DNA of 64,000 bases from Mobula hypostoma (taxonomy: Eukaryota). The stretch lies in NCBI RefSeq assembly GCF_963921235.1, contig NC_086107.1, positions 93,870,001-93,934,000 on the forward strand. The letters run 5' to 3'. The position numbers and the translations under genes are program-made. Positions 63,181 through 64,000 of this stretch are shown piece after piece; the stretch's first letter is position 1; every line of letters starts with the position of its first letter. The notes under the pieces were generated by a model, which was not told the origin of the DNA, searched no databases, and saw nothing but the letters and a program-made list of their open reading frames with translations.

Positions 63181-63837
63181 TGTATTCTCCCTCACAACTT
63201 TCCTATAATTTGCAGCAACCAGAACTGCACACAATGCTCTAGTTGAGATCTGACTGATACCTGATGCATAAGACACTCCCATTATTCATTTCTGCACCTT
63301 CAACTCTTTTCCAGAATCCATCATGAGGCACAAATACAACTCTCCAGTGTCCCATCCAAGTTACTACTCCTGAAAGGAACTCAAACCGGTTGTCAGCAGT
63401 ATTCTCCAAAAGTGATTCCAACAGAGCAAAGATCCTACCAGCTGATGCCCACACAATTGCACTTTCCACAAGTGACCACTAGATAGCAATCACGAGTAGC
63501 AATGGAGACAGCTCAGGCAGAGATCTTTCTTCAGAGTGAAACATAAAGAAGCAACCTCTATTAGCTTTATTTGTCACATGTACATCAAAACATTTAGCCT
63601 AAAGCATCATTTGCATCAAATCAAACCAGCCAGGATTGTACTGGGCAGCTCTCAAATGTGGCCATGCTTCCAGCGCCAACAAAGCATGCTCACAACCCAA
63701 TGACCCTAATCCAGGAGTTCCTAGTTTTTGAAAGGTGGGAGGAAATGGGAACACCTAGAAGAATCCCACACAGTCACGGTTAGAACATTCAAACTCCTTA
63801 CTGACAGCAACAGGAACTGAACCCTAATCACTGATGT

Positions 63838-63974
63838 AAACACGAGGAAATCTGCAGACGCTGGAAATTCAAGCAAACCACACACAAAATGCTGACGTCC
63901 TGAAACGTCAACTGTACTTCTTCCTATAGATGCTGCCTGGCCTGCTGCGTTCCACCGGCATTTCGTGTGTGTTG
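63838..63974. mobile_element. Fold-back Penelope-derived short element with 15-bp TSD
   Basis: TSD CCTAATCACTGATGT at 63823-63837 and 63975-63989. Inserted in a V-SINE head. Confidence 0.82.
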
Positions 63975-64000
63975 CCTAATCACTGATGTTGTTAATCACT

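Noticed and set aside
55503..64000. Search for upstream emc10 exons, including a strong donor-like aag|gtaagg at about 56835-56843 and ORF 63239-63469
   Set aside because: No frame gives EMC10-like sequence (e.g. GLYR.R...FV.A). Those exons are probably beyond the window.

Overview
This is AT-rich, repeat-dense vertebrate genomic DNA. The repeat set (V-SINEs, CR1, Rex/Babar, Penelope, L1, Tx1, RTE, Tc1/pogo) suggests a cartilaginous fish, probably a ray; this is inference. The only host gene I can support is the 3' half of emc10 on the minus strand: exons at 55321-55502 and 49164-49257, an alternative cassette exon at 34962-35055 encoding the 'soluble-type' C-terminus (WHLILGGAIFLMV...), and the terminal exon (CDS 14584-14685) encoding the membrane-type C-terminus ([15 protein letters not shown]...GGGGR). 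The upstream exons appear to lie beyond the window. The rest is intronic or 3'-flanking sequence filled with mostly decayed, nested transposons. Highlights are: a 4.8-kb L1 with a twin-priming 5' inversion and a 15-bp TSD; many short fold-back Penelope-derived elements with minimal hammerhead-ribozyme motifs and 10-16-bp TSDs; and ~60-bp Tc1-like micro-MITEs whose pairs appear to move as composite elements carrying different cargo. No prokaryotic-type system, CRISPR array, rRNA or true tRNA gene is supported. Repeat boundaries were read by eye and are approximate unless a TSD is quoted.
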